A stretch of 64,000 nucleotides of DNA from an uncultured Acidobacteriaceae bacterium (GCA_963748225.1 CAVVHW010000015.1:7838-71837); one strand, 5' to 3'; shown: positions 1 to 9,382, counted from the stretch's first letter. The notes: generated by a model from the sequence alone, not told the origin. Program-made: numbers and translations.

Positions 1-503
1 CCGAACCAACTGAAGGTCGCGACCATGTGCGCCGCGAAGCCAACGCTCACCGCCATGTTGCTGACCGCGTACTCCAGGATGAGGTCCCAGCCGATGATCC
101 ACGCAATCAATTCGCCCATGGTGGCGTAGGTGTAGGTGTAAGCGCTGCCGGCGATGGGGATCATCGACGCCAGCTCCGCATAGCAGAGGCCAGTGAACGC
201 GCACACGATGGCCACCAGCACCAGCGAAATTGCCAGCGCCGGTCCCGCTCCCGGCCGGCCTAGCGTCGCGGCATGATGCACCAGGTAGTCGGCCACGGGT
301 GCGTTCAAGATCGACGAGGTGTCGAACTTTTGTCCGGCAATTGCCGTCCCAATGACGGTGAAGATTCCGGCGCCAATCACAGCGCCGATGCCGAGCCCGG
401 TCAGCGACCACGGCCCCAGCGTCTTCCTAAGCCGATGTTCCGGCTCCTCCGAATCGGAGATCAGCTTGTCGATGGACTTGCACGCGAAGAGTTGGTTCGC
501 CAG
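1..503 (-). CDS. APC-superfamily amino acid permease, N-terminal part (gene continues past the left edge)
   Basis: Reverse translation reads (L)ANQLFACKSIDKLISDSEEPEHRLRKTLGPWSLTGLGIGAVIGAGIFTVIG...YAELASMIPIAGSAYTYTYATMGELIAWIIGWDLILEY, a typical N-terminus and first TM helices of APC/cationic amino-acid transporters. There is no ATG/GTG/TTG in frame after the upstream TGA. A CTG at 501-503 lies 6 nt after GGGAG. Confidence 0.8.
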   Translation of the reverse strand, partial: MANQLFACKSIDKLISDSEEPEHRLRKTLGPWSLTGLGIGAVIGAGIFTVIGTAIAGQKFDTSSILNAPVADYLVHHAATLGRPGAGPALAISLVLVAIVCAFTGLCYAELASMIPIAGSAYTYTYATMGELIAWIIGWDLILEYAVSNMAVSVGFAAHMVATFSWF

Positions 504-607
504 GTAACGCTCCCGGGAGTGCTGGAATCAGTGCCTTCGAATTCAAACAGAAACAATGGGGCGAGAGCAAGTGGAGGGCGATTCAGCCGGGGGGACAAAA
601 CAACTCT

Positions 608-732
608 TTACCACAGAGGCACAGAGACCCAGAAAAGAAAATTGCTCTTGCTTCCCAAGAGCAGGAACGAGATGGGAATAGCTGCGCTCCTCAGAGTGAC
701 AGCGAAAATATTCCGCTCTGCCTCTGTGGTGA
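608..732. repeat. MITE-like inverted-repeat element (CACGGAGG-type termini), no cargo
   Basis: Left end ttaccacagaggcacagag (608-626) and right end ctctgcctctgtggtga (716-732) are inverted copies. The termini resemble those flanking the GxxExxY gene at 60063-60578. Confidence 0.6.
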
Positions 733-748
733 GAACGAGCTGAAACCT

Positions 749-1015
749 CTAACTGGCGGCCGCTTTCTTGGGACGTCCTCCGAGAAGGCCATTGCTCCGG
801 GACGCCCGGCGTTTTGCCGCACTTGTGCTCTTTCCGCCCATAGCGCCTAGCTTCGCCGCCATCCACTTTCGCGATCCGAGCACACCCTCCAGCAACGCCG
901 GCAAGTACAAGTCCGCATCCAGCTTGGGAAAGTAGATTCCCAATCCAGACGGAGTGATTTTGATTACCTCTAACTCCGACGCAATAGCGTCCTCCAGACC
1001 TTCGGGTCGGAAATT
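749..1015 (-). pseudogene. DUF2442-like protein, C-terminal remnant with basic GGRP tail
   Basis: The open frame after TAA reads NFRPEGLEDAIASELEVIKITPSGLGIYFPKLDADLYLPALLEGVLGSRKWMAAKLGAMGGKSTSAAKRRASRSNGLLGGRPKK. The G-x-G-I-x-(W/F)P-x-LD-x-DL pattern is that of DUF2442. The N-terminal half and a plausible start are missing. Confidence 0.4.
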
Positions 1016-1098
1016 TTAGCGCGGGCGCTCCACTCAGGATGACATTTTGAATTCATGAATAATTCAGCTACAGTTTGGCACTTCGCTTTTGCTAGCTG

Positions 1099-3414
1099 CT
1101 AATTGCCAACTGCTAACTGCTTCCCTGGCGCCAATACCTCCTCAAAGTGGTTATCGATCATATGAAACAAATGCGTCCGCGCCTCGAACCCGGCAATGCC
1201 GTGCGTCTTTCCCGGATACAGCATCAGCTCAAACTGCTTGCCCGAGTTGATTAACCCATTGATCATCTGAATCGTGTTCTGCATGTGTACGTTGTCGTCG
1301 CTGGTGCCGTGTACCTCCAGCAGGTTGCCATGCAGGTTCGCAGCAAAGTTCACCGGCGAACTGTTCTTGTATCCTTCCGGATTGTCGATTGGCAGGCCCA
1401 TGTAGCGTTCGGTATAGATCGAATCGTAATTGCGCCAATCGGTCACCGGCGCCACCGCGACCCCGGCCTTAAACATGTCGGTGTGCTCCATCGTATACAG
1501 GGTGAAGTATCCGCCGTAGCTCCAGCCCCAAAATCCCAGCCGGCTTCCATCCAGTTGAGGAAACTGTTGCAGCGCCTGCTTCACCGCAGCCATCTGATCG
1601 TTGAACTCGTTCTCGCCGAAATTATGTTTGATCACCATGGCAAAGGCCTTTCCCCGTCCACCCATCCCGCGATTATCCACATGCAACACAGCAAATCCCT
1701 GGCGGGCCAGCACCTGATCGAACAGATCTCCGCCTAGCCATGCATCGCGTATGGTCTGGGCTCCCGGGCCGCCATATGGATTGACGATCAGCGGCGCCTT
1801 ACCGTTCGCCATCATCGGTCCGCCCTCCGGCAGCAGGATCACCCCCTGCAAAGTGGTTGTGCCATCGGCGGCCTTGAAGTCCACAAACTTCGGCGTTAGC
1901 AGGTTGTAGGCTTCCACGCTGCGCGCCTTCCAGAAGGCATTACAAGCGCCGTCCACGGTGCACAACGAAGCCGTTGGCGGCGTGGTCAGCGCCGAGTATG
2001 TATCCACGTAATACTTGGAATTCTTCGGATCGAAGTCCGCCGCGTGCGATCCATTTTCCTTGGAGACGCGGTGCAAGTTCTGTCCGTCCAGCCCTACCGC
2101 ATACAGGTTCGTCTGCCGCCAATCGCCCTCATTGGCCGAGAAATAAACCATCCCCTGTTGGTCATCAACGCCATCGATGCTCCTGACCTCCCAATCGCCA
2201 TGGGTGAGCTGCGCCACAAGCTTGGCCGGGCCGCTCAGCGGCTTGTCTTTGTCGAACTGGTACAGATAAATATGGTTGTGCCCGTCGCGCCAACTCGTCC
2301 ACAAATATCGATCGCCCGACGCCAAAATCTGAAAGTCCACCTCAGGATGCATGTCGATCCACGCGTCGGTAGTCTCGTTCATCATCAGCGCCCACTTGCC
2401 GTTGTTCGTATCCACAAAATACAAATCCATTTCATTTTGTAGGCGGTTGAGGACTATTGCCCACAACAAGCCTTCGCGCACCCATCCGAAACGGGGGACC
2501 AGGCCATTCGGGTTGTTGGAAAGCGGAAGGTCATTGTTCTTGCCGGTTCCCGCGTTGATCCATTTGATCTTGCCGCCATTCGAATTCACCAGGCCTAATT
2601 GCACGTTGGGATTGGGATCGCCCGGCTGCGGATACTTCTCCTGGTCCACGGTGGCATGCGTGGGCATCCAGTCGGTGATGGGATAGGTGGGTACGGCCTT
2701 CTCGTTCATTTGCAGAAATGCGATCTGCTTGCCCTCCGGAGACCAGAAGTAATTGCTGCGGGCGTACAGCTCCTCTTCGTACACCCAATCGACTTCGCCA
2801 TTCAGCAAATTGTCGTCGCCATCTTTGGTCAGGGTCTTTTCGTTCCCGCCCTCCACTGCACGCACATAGAGGTTGTGCTTGCGAACGTAGGAAATCCGGC
2901 CGCCATCCGGCGAGAACTTGGGATCGACAGTCCCCTCGGAGCTGGTCGTCATCTGCACCGCCGTGCCGCTGTCCAGGTTGTAAAGCCAAAGCTGACCCAT
3001 CGAGTCGAATAACAGCTTCTTCGAATCGGGCGACCACTGGTACGCGGCAATGGAATAACGCCGTGCCGCTTCCTTCTTGCGTTCGTCCTTGATGTTGCTG
3101 GTGGGCGGCGCCAGAGCGGCCAGCTTCTCGCTCGCCACCAGCACCGCGGGCTTGCCCGTGGTCACGTCCACGTAGTACAGCGCGCCGTGGTCGCCGCTGT
3201 CATCCCGTTGCACGAAGGAAACCTTGGAGCCATCCGGACTCCACTTCACGTCCTCCGGACCGCGGCCCAGTATGCCGCCAGGCTGGAAGATGTCTTCAAT
3301 CGTCAGCTCTTTTTTCGCGGATGACTCTTGCGCGGAAGGCGGCGGGGTAGATTGCGCAATCAAGAATGAAGTGGACAACACACAGCAAAGCAATGCAGCG
3401 AACCGTGATTTCAC
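1099..3414 (-). CDS. Dipeptidyl-peptidase IV family serine peptidase (S9B), secreted
   Basis: 771-aa ORF with a signal-like MKSRFAALLCCVLSTSFLIAQ. It has a long propeller-type N-terminal region and a C-terminal alpha/beta hydrolase with the GWSYGG nucleophile elbow, then GTSDDNVH and GKTHGI (Asp/His). Confidence 0.9.
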   Translation of the reverse strand: MKSRFAALLCCVLSTSFLIAQSTPPPSAQESSAKKELTIEDIFQPGGILGRGPEDVKWSPDGSKVSFVQRDDSGDHGALYYVDVTTGKPAVLVASEKLAALAPPTSNIKDERKKEAARRYSIAAYQWSPDSKKLLFDSMGQLWLYNLDSGTAVQMTTSSEGTVDPKFSPDGGRISYVRKHNLYVRAVEGGNEKTLTKDGDDNLLNGEVDWVYEEELYARSNYFWSPEGKQIAFLQMNEKAVPTYPITDWMPTHATVDQEKYPQPGDPNPNVQLGLVNSNGGKIKWINAGTGKNNDLPLSNNPNGLVPRFGWVREGLLWAIVLNRLQNEMDLYFVDTNNGKWALMMNETTDAWIDMHPEVDFQILASGDRYLWTSWRDGHNHIYLYQFDKDKPLSGPAKLVAQLTHGDWEVRSIDGVDDQQGMVYFSANEGDWRQTNLYAVGLDGQNLHRVSKENGSHAADFDPKNSKYYVDTYSALTTPPTASLCTVDGACNAFWKARSVEAYNLLTPKFVDFKAADGTTTLQGVILLPEGGPMMANGKAPLIVNPYGGPGAQTIRDAWLGGDLFDQVLARQGFAVLHVDNRGMGGRGKAFAMVIKHNFGENEFNDQMAAVKQALQQFPQLDGSRLGFWGWSYGGYFTLYTMEHTDMFKAGVAVAPVTDWRNYDSIYTERYMGLPIDNPEGYKNSSPVNFAANLHGNLLEVHGTSDDNVHMQNTIQMINGLINSGKQFELMLYPGKTHGIAGFEARTHLFHMIDNHFEEVLAPGKQLAVGN

Positions 3415-4230
3415 GTGAGCTCCGACCAGAAAAATGTGTAGCGGGAAAGTTTATATCAGGACAGCGGGTTTATGTGGCACGACTGAAATTCGGGTAGTGG
3501 ACTAAATGTGTGTTGACGGCCCCCAGCCCGGCGGCGGCTCCATGAAGACGAATATCCACCTATCCTCTTCTGGGAAGTCGATCATTAGACCTTCGGAAAG
3601 AAGCGCACCTCTTGGGATGGCTGCCTGTTCTTCGTCGGATAACAAGGAGATCGGGGGGCAACGACGAATGTGATTCCCGCGACGTTCAAGGGAACACTGA
3701 ATCCGGTAAAGCCGTTTTGGGAAGTAATAGAAACCTCTTCTGCCGTGAGACTGGAGATTGTTCCCGAGCCGGGAAAAATTACCCTTCCCGACCTACTGAC
3801 AAACGCCACGGTACTACTGGACAGAAACTTTAATACCTGCATGGCTTCGTCGAAAGAAATCAAGGCGCCCCCTTTCCCCGATTGGGTATGGATGTTCTGT
3901 GGCCGAATGGTTGAGCGAGCGAAACTACCTAAACAACACCGAAATGACAACACCCTTCCGGATTAGATTCTGCGCGACATTTTCACTTGCCTCAGAGAGG
4001 GCTATCCCCGCCTCGCCGAACATATCCAGGCCGGAGGCTACAAGTTCGTTTAGCAGGCCAGCGTCGTGTGCATCGCAATCAGTGGGATGCATCAGACGTA
4101 AACAGGGAGACCAATCTTCGTCCACTGCGGGGTCGCCCTCAAAGATCAGGGTTTCCCATTGTCCGCAACGAGCGCCGTACTCACAGAGCAGTTAAAGGCG
4201 GTGGTGTGAATGGATGTAGCCAGATCACTG

Positions 4231-4701
4231 TTAGGCTCCGATGGTGGCACTCGGCAGGCGATCATGACTAACCCAATCCCGAAGCGCCTCCGGGTTGGGA
4301 ATTGTTATCTGATGGCCGTACTCGCATACGATTCCATCAAGTTTCCAAAAAGACATCTCTGCGAGGCACTGTTCTTTCGCGGTGCCAGACTCTCGGAGTG
4401 CGACCAGTTCTACTTGAGATTTGCAGTTGCTACCATCGCATCTTGCTACGACTGAAAATCGGACAATGCCTGTCTTTTGAGGCGGTGCGTCATTCAATAC
4501 CGCCCCTTCGGATGTTTGACGATTCTGCCAATCGAATTGATAGGCACTCTTACATCGCGGGCATACAAGCGTTAGAAAAGGAGCGCCCGTGGTTGACGCT
4601 CCCCGATATCGAACTATTTCTTCAAGGTTGGTTTCAGGCTGATAGATGTATGACCCGCAGTTTGGGCAGTACAAGCGGTACTCAGGTCGAGACAAGCACA
4701 C
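4231..4701 (-). CDS. hypothetical Cys-rich (zinc-ribbon-like) protein
   Basis: 156-aa ORF with paired CxxC motifs (CPNCGSY ... CPRCKSAY) and further Cys (CDGSNCKS). It lies in a lower-GC stretch next to an IS remnant. I recognise no family. Confidence 0.45.
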   Translation of the reverse strand: MCLSRPEYRLYCPNCGSYIYQPETNLEEIVRYRGASTTGAPFLTLVCPRCKSAYQFDWQNRQTSEGAVLNDAPPQKTGIVRFSVVARCDGSNCKSQVELVALRESGTAKEQCLAEMSFWKLDGIVCEYGHQITIPNPEALRDWVSHDRLPSATIGA

Positions 4702-4704
4702 CCC

Positions 4705-4980
4705 CTATGAAAGCAACTCCGTCAACGCCCAAACGTGATCGGTTAGCCCCGCTTCCATCGCAGGAGTGACTCGAAGCGTTTGATGAACGCGGCAGAAGTT
4801 GTAAAAGGCGACATACAGCGTAACAGCCGCCTTGAGATTGTCCAGCTTTTTGCTGAACGCATTGGTTAAGCGGGTAAAACGGCGCAAGTGCATACGCAAA
4901 CTCAAATTCGATCTCTCCACAAAACTGGTAGAGATGTGCTTGGGGTCGGGCCGTTCGTGTCGTTTTATTTTTGTCATCAC
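4705..4980 (-). pseudogene. IS1-like transposase, C-terminal fragment
   Basis: The 91-aa ORF reads ...HISTSFVERSNLSLRMHLRRFTRLTNAFSKKLDNLKAAVTLYVAFYNFCRVHQTLRVTPAMEAGLTDHVW. This is the C-terminal block seen in IS1-family-type transposases. The catalytic N-terminal part is absent. A paralogous remnant lies at 38090-38311. Confidence 0.6.
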
Positions 4981-5190
4981 GAACCGACTTTAGTCGGTGA
5001 GGGACCTGCTTTTGCGAGTTTTTTAGCAGTAGTCTCTTTAGTCGGCTGAGGATTGTTTTTTCGCCCCTGCAAGCTCGATGGGAGCGCACGACTAAGGCCG
5101 CAGGGCGACACAATCGTAGCCCAGTGCGTAAGCACTGGGTAGGCTCCTAAATAGAACCCCGAGCCCCGTAGGGGGGGCGGCACTCTAACG
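4973..5190. repeat. composite array of short hairpin repeats (B-type head plus others)
   Basis: It starts with gtcatcacgaaccgactttagtcggtgagggacctgctttt (B family). Hairpins follow, such as agcccagtgcgtaagcactggg and gagccccgtaggggg, which recur at 22420-22620. Confidence 0.6.
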
Positions 5191-5192
5191 CT

Positions 5193-5450
5193 TCAGCGTC
5201 CCATCTGATAGATCCGCAACCATTCCACCAGCACCACGAAAATTCCAATGCCGAAATAGAGGTTGCGTGCCGTTTGCGTTGTGAGCGCCGCGGGCAGAGG
5301 CATACCGCGGCTGCGCAAGGTCAACACTAGCGAATGCTCGTGCTTCGTAATGAAGTCGGCAATCCGCCTATGGAAGGCGATGATCAGCAATCCCAGACAA
5401 AGTCGCGCAATTTCGATGGCCATATCCGATGCTAGGCGCGAACGCCGCAT
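5193..5450 (-). CDS. hypothetical small membrane protein
   Basis: 85-aa ORF with two hydrophobic segments (LCLGLLIIAF, LYFGIGIFVVLVEWL). No recognised family. Confidence 0.4.
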   Translation of the reverse strand: MRRSRLASDMAIEIARLCLGLLIIAFHRRIADFITKHEHSLVLTLRSRGMPLPAALTTQTARNLYFGIGIFVVLVEWLRIYQMGR

Positions 5451-5549
5451 TCTCTCAATAGGCCGAAAACCTTAATCCTCCCGCCCGCCGGGCCGCCAAA
5501 GACCCGGTTTCTGCGTGCTAGAATCCCAGCAGGTTCCCCTGGGGTTCAA

Positions 5550-6398
5550 ATGAATTCCGATCTGCAGAAGCTGATCGACTTGCAAGAGGTCGATGCCCGA
5601 ATTGCCACGCTCCAGGCCGAGATCGCGGCGCTTCCCAAACAAGTCGCACAGATCGAGGCCAAACTCGCCGGCTCCAAGGCCCAACTCGAGGCCGCCCAAG
5701 CCGCCATCAAGGCTGACGAGGTCACCCGCCGCAAACACGAGTCCGACATCAAGGACCAGCAGGAGAAGATCAGCAAGTACCGCGACCAATCGCTCAAGGT
5801 CAAGACCAACGACGAGTACCGGGCGCTGAACCACGAAATCCAGTTTGCCGAGGCGGAGATCCGCAAGCTGGAAGACAAGATCCTGGAAATCATGGTCGCT
5901 ACCGATACGCGCAAAGAGGCGATCAAGCAGGCCGAAGCCGCGCTGAAGGCCGACACCGCCGCCAATGAAAAAGAAAAAGAGCACGCCCGCGCCCAAACCG
6001 CCGAGGACGAAAAGCAACTCGCCGAGCTGAACGCCACCCGTAAGCAACTTCGTTCCGGCGTCACCGAAGAAACGCTCACCCATTACGACCGCGTGCTCAA
6101 GCTGCGCGGCTCCGTGATGGCGGCGGTTCATGAAGATGAAAGTTGCTCGGCTTGCCGGGTGCGGCTACGCCCGCAGGTCTTCCAGGAAGTCACGACCAAC
6201 GAGCAAATTGTCACTTGCTTCTACTGCAATCGGATTCTGTACTACGTCCCCCCGCCACCGCCCAAGCCGGAAGAGCCGGAACAGAGAAAAGCGGGAAAGC
6301 AAGACACGCTAACAAACCTGCCAAAGAAGAGTCCGTCGAGGCCGACGAGGCTGCGGCGCAGTAATCGGAAGGGTTCAGTCGATGGTGACCGCCGTTGA
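5550..6398 (+). CDS. coiled-coil / C4 zinc-ribbon protein (COG1579, DUF164-type)
   Basis: It has a long heptad-rich N-terminal region (LIDLQEVDARIATLQAEIAALPKQ...). It ends with CSACRVRL...CFYCNRILY, the family's zinc ribbon, followed by a Pro/Lys-rich tail. Confidence 0.8.
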   Translation: MNSDLQKLIDLQEVDARIATLQAEIAALPKQVAQIEAKLAGSKAQLEAAQAAIKADEVTRRKHESDIKDQQEKISKYRDQSLKVKTNDEYRALNHEIQFAEAEIRKLEDKILEIMVATDTRKEAIKQAEAALKADTAANEKEKEHARAQTAEDEKQLAELNATRKQLRSGVTEETLTHYDRVLKLRGSVMAAVHEDESCSACRVRLRPQVFQEVTTNEQIVTCFYCNRILYYVPPPPPKPEEPEQRKAGKQDTLTNLPKKSPSRPTRLRRSNRKGSVDGDRR

Positions 6399-7538
6399 TA
6401 GCCGAGATAATTCCTGAGGCCTACGATGTCGAGGGCAGAAAAGTTTTTCGCCCTGACGCTCGTCGGCACAGTGGTTTCAAGCCAACCTTTCCCGCTGGAC
6501 GATTCTTGAGCCAACCGCTAAAGCACTGGTGTTCGGATTTTGTTGAACTCAGGCGTTTCCTTTCGCGCTTCATGTATCGCCTGTGGAAATGCGCCTAATA
6601 GAAAATACGACCAGGAGCGAGTGGAAAAGAAAATGATATTGGACAGCCTGACCTGAGATGCCACCAGCAATTTGAAGAGAGTGAAAAGGGGGATTGCGTT
6701 CTTCAGGTTCTCTGGAGTCGGGTTGCGCACAAGGGACTATGCATTATGGACTATTCCATTTGGAGGCAAGGGCTCCTGCACCTGCGAGACTATCCGCCGC
6801 ACTAGATTACCGGAGCTGGATACATCCGGTCGGTCAAAAAAACCAGGGTCACGCCTGGGATAACCATTTGAAGCTGAAGGACGGCAAATGGTTCCTGCAT
6901 ATTGAGTACCGCTAGGTCGTGATGCTGGGTGGCCGCAATTTAATCGGCCGTTTCGAAATCCTGTCGATTTTGCGGGGGAGTATCTTACAGTCTCCTGAAC
7001 GTTCTGGATGGCGCGGTTGGGATCGGAAAGACCATTTCTGCTTTAACCGCGGTACGAGCTACGACTTGGATAGCCAAGGTTTCTGATCTCACCGTCGCAG
7101 ATCGGGTTATGTTTAGGTGAATAGGGTCAGTTCATTGGTTGCGAGGCCTAAGTTGGACGAGAATTCTTTCTAAGCCTAGGGGACAGGGCTCGTATTCAAG
7201 CGCTCGGGTGTAAAGCCGTACGGTCGAGACCTCGGAACAATTTACGATAGGGGAACACACCCGAAACAAGTACCAGTTGGAGCACACGGCAAGCGTTAAG
7301 GATACACTAGGAACTAAAGGAACTTGCGCGTCACGTGCCGATGCGGCAGCCCACGAATATCCGCGCAATAAATTCGACACACGTACAACTATCGCAGTGT
7401 AAGCGGACACGTCGAACGGCTGGCCGACGCCTTGCACAGCCAAACCGAATACGAAGCCAGCAGCCATGCAATAAGCGGATTTCGAAAGCCGAATCGTCAC
7501 GGAGAAATGGCCCTCGAGTCGATCATTGAATTAGCCTC

Positions 7539-7811
7539 TCAAGGTCCCATAATGGAGACGAACAGCGCTCGCACGACGACGGCGTAAAAGAAAAGGGCAA
7601 AAACAAGGACAGTTGTCCATTTATGTAGGTTTGTTAGAATGCTGAGCAGATCTGCGTCTAGATGAATTAGGCTAAGGCCGAAGAACGCCAAGTGAATTAA
7701 AGCGAGAATTAGAAGTAAATTTATTAGGGTTACAGCATCTCGCCATTGCGAGAGAACATCCGGGCGGACGTCCTTCCACAGCCTGCGCCAGAATCCAGCC
7801 TGATCAGCCAT
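7539..7811 (-). CDS. hypothetical small membrane protein
   Basis: 90-aa ORF with two clear TM segments (LINLLLILALIHLAFFGLSLI; TVLVFALFFYAVVVRALFV). It lies in an otherwise ORF-poor, lower-GC stretch. Confidence 0.35.
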   Translation of the reverse strand: MADQAGFWRRLWKDVRPDVLSQWRDAVTLINLLLILALIHLAFFGLSLIHLDADLLSILTNLHKWTTVLVFALFFYAVVVRALFVSIMGP

Positions 7812-8185
7812 CGCATCAGAAGTATACGCGGCCGCCCTGGTGCCCCTTCTTTTGGTTGACTGAGTGTTTTGGTCCTGCCTCCGCTACGGTATCTGCGTGT
7901 CTGCCTGCGAATGAGTTCGCATATTGGTAGTGGTGTAAGAAGCCCGCAAATCAAGCGTCGGAATCTGCGGCGACCGTTACGCAGGACCGAGACAATAGCG
8001 GCGCTCGTCGGTAAGTGGGAATGAGACCGAGTCCCGAAGGGATTCGATGATTCACCTACGGACCCCGGCTCCGCGGTCGCGATAGCGTGGTCAGCAGGAT
8101 CCAGAGTCCTCCGGATGAAAAAGTGAATGTTCTAGAGGCGATCACGCGCGCGTGAGATGATTGCATTGATCCGCACGAGGACACC

Positions 8186-9382
8186 CTGGCCGATTCCATT
8201 CCAATCATCACCGTAAACCATCGCGGAGCCGCGCGGCTGGGTGGCGGGCACTTGTGGGTCTATCGCTCCGATCTGGTGCCACCAGCGGAAGCTCCGGCCG
8301 GCTCGCTGGTCCACGTGCGTGATGAGCGTGGGCGCCGGCTCGGATCGGCCCTCTACAGCAGCGCTTCGCAGATTGCGGTCCGCCTGCTGACCGCCGACGA
8401 AATCAGTGAAGCGCAACTCCCGTCTCTCGTGCGGGAACGTATCGCTGCTGCCGTTCGCTTTCGCCACCAGGTCGCGCGTGATACCGATTCCTACCGCGCC
8501 ATCTTCAGCGAGGCTGACCTGCTCCCGGGCCTCATCCTCGATAAGTACAACGATGTGCTGTCCCTGCAGGCGTTGACCCAGGCCTTTGATCGGCAGGATC
8601 TGCGGCGGTTAGTACTCGACGCGATCGCCGAATACTATCCCCAAGCCAGTGTGATTGAGCGCGTCGATCCACACATTCGCGAACTGGAGCAATTGCCGCC
8701 ACGCAATTCGCAACTGGTGCGCGGCGCAAAATCCAACACCATCTTCACCATGAACGAAGTCCGCTTCCACTTCGACGGACTCGGCGGGCAGAAGACCGGA
8801 GCCTTCCTCGATCAGCGCGAGAACTACGCCGCGGCGGCGCGGTACGCTCACGGAGATGCTCTGGACTGCTTCACCTATCAGGGAGGATTTGCACTGCACC
8901 TCGCGCGGACGTGCCAGAGCGTTACCGCTGTGGACTCGTCGCGTCCGGCGCTGGAAGTGGCGGAGCAGAATGAGCAACTCAATCGCGATGCCCACCGCTG
9001 CGGCGAGATGGAGTGGATCGAGGCCAATGCATTCGACCTGCTCAAGGACTACGCCACTGCCGGCCGCCAGTACGACACTATCGTTCTTGATCCGCCGGCC
9101 TTCGCCAAGACCAAGCGAACTTTGCCGACTGCGCTGCGCGGCTACAAGGAGCTGAACCTCCGCGCTCTGAAGATGCTGCGGCCGGGAGGCGTCCTCGTGA
9201 CCTGCTCATGTTCGTTCCACGTCAGCGAAGGCGAGTTCCTGGCCATGCTCGGCTCCGCCGCCACCGATGCCGGTCGTCGCGTGCGAATCCTCGAGAGACG
9301 CGGCCAGGCCCTCGATCATCCCAGCTTGCTGAATATGCCGGAGACGTCGTATTTGAAGTGCATACTTTCCCAAGTCGTTTAG
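8186..9382 (+). CDS. RlmI-like class I SAM-dependent rRNA (m5C) methyltransferase with PUA-like N-terminus
   Basis: N-terminal ...ITVNHRGAARLGGGHLWVYRSDL (PUA-type), a Rossmann block ALDCFTYQGGFAL, and motif IV IVLDPPAFAK. The ORF track starts at TTG 8252, which would cut the PUA region. CTG 8186 lies 5 nt after GAGGA. The start is uncertain. Confidence 0.8.
   Translation: MADSIPIITVNHRGAARLGGGHLWVYRSDLVPPAEAPAGSLVHVRDERGRRLGSALYSSASQIAVRLLTADEISEAQLPSLVRERIAAAVRFRHQVARDTDSYRAIFSEADLLPGLILDKYNDVLSLQALTQAFDRQDLRRLVLDAIAEYYPQASVIERVDPHIRELEQLPPRNSQLVRGAKSNTIFTMNEVRFHFDGLGGQKTGAFLDQRENYAAAARYAHGDALDCFTYQGGFALHLARTCQSVTAVDSSRPALEVAEQNEQLNRDAHRCGEMEWIEANAFDLLKDYATAGRQYDTIVLDPPAFAKTKRTLPTALRGYKELNLRALKMLRPGGVLVTCSCSFHVSEGEFLAMLGSAATDAGRRVRILERRGQALDHPSLLNMPETSYLKCILSQVV

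Noticed and set aside
4973-5190. Hairpin-repeat clusters (also at 22420-22620 and 26571-26721) considered as CRISPR arrays.
   Set aside because: The repeat units differ in sequence and length, the spacing is irregular, and there are only 2-4 units and no cas genes. They are REP/MITE-like arrays.
5472-6131. 219-aa and 177-aa minus-strand ORFs opposite the zinc-ribbon coiled-coil gene.
   Set aside because: They mirror a repetitive Ala/Glu/Lys/Gln coiled-coil coding sequence. The translation is low-complexity Leu/Gly/Ser, and the sense ORF has the conserved C-terminal zinc ribbon.
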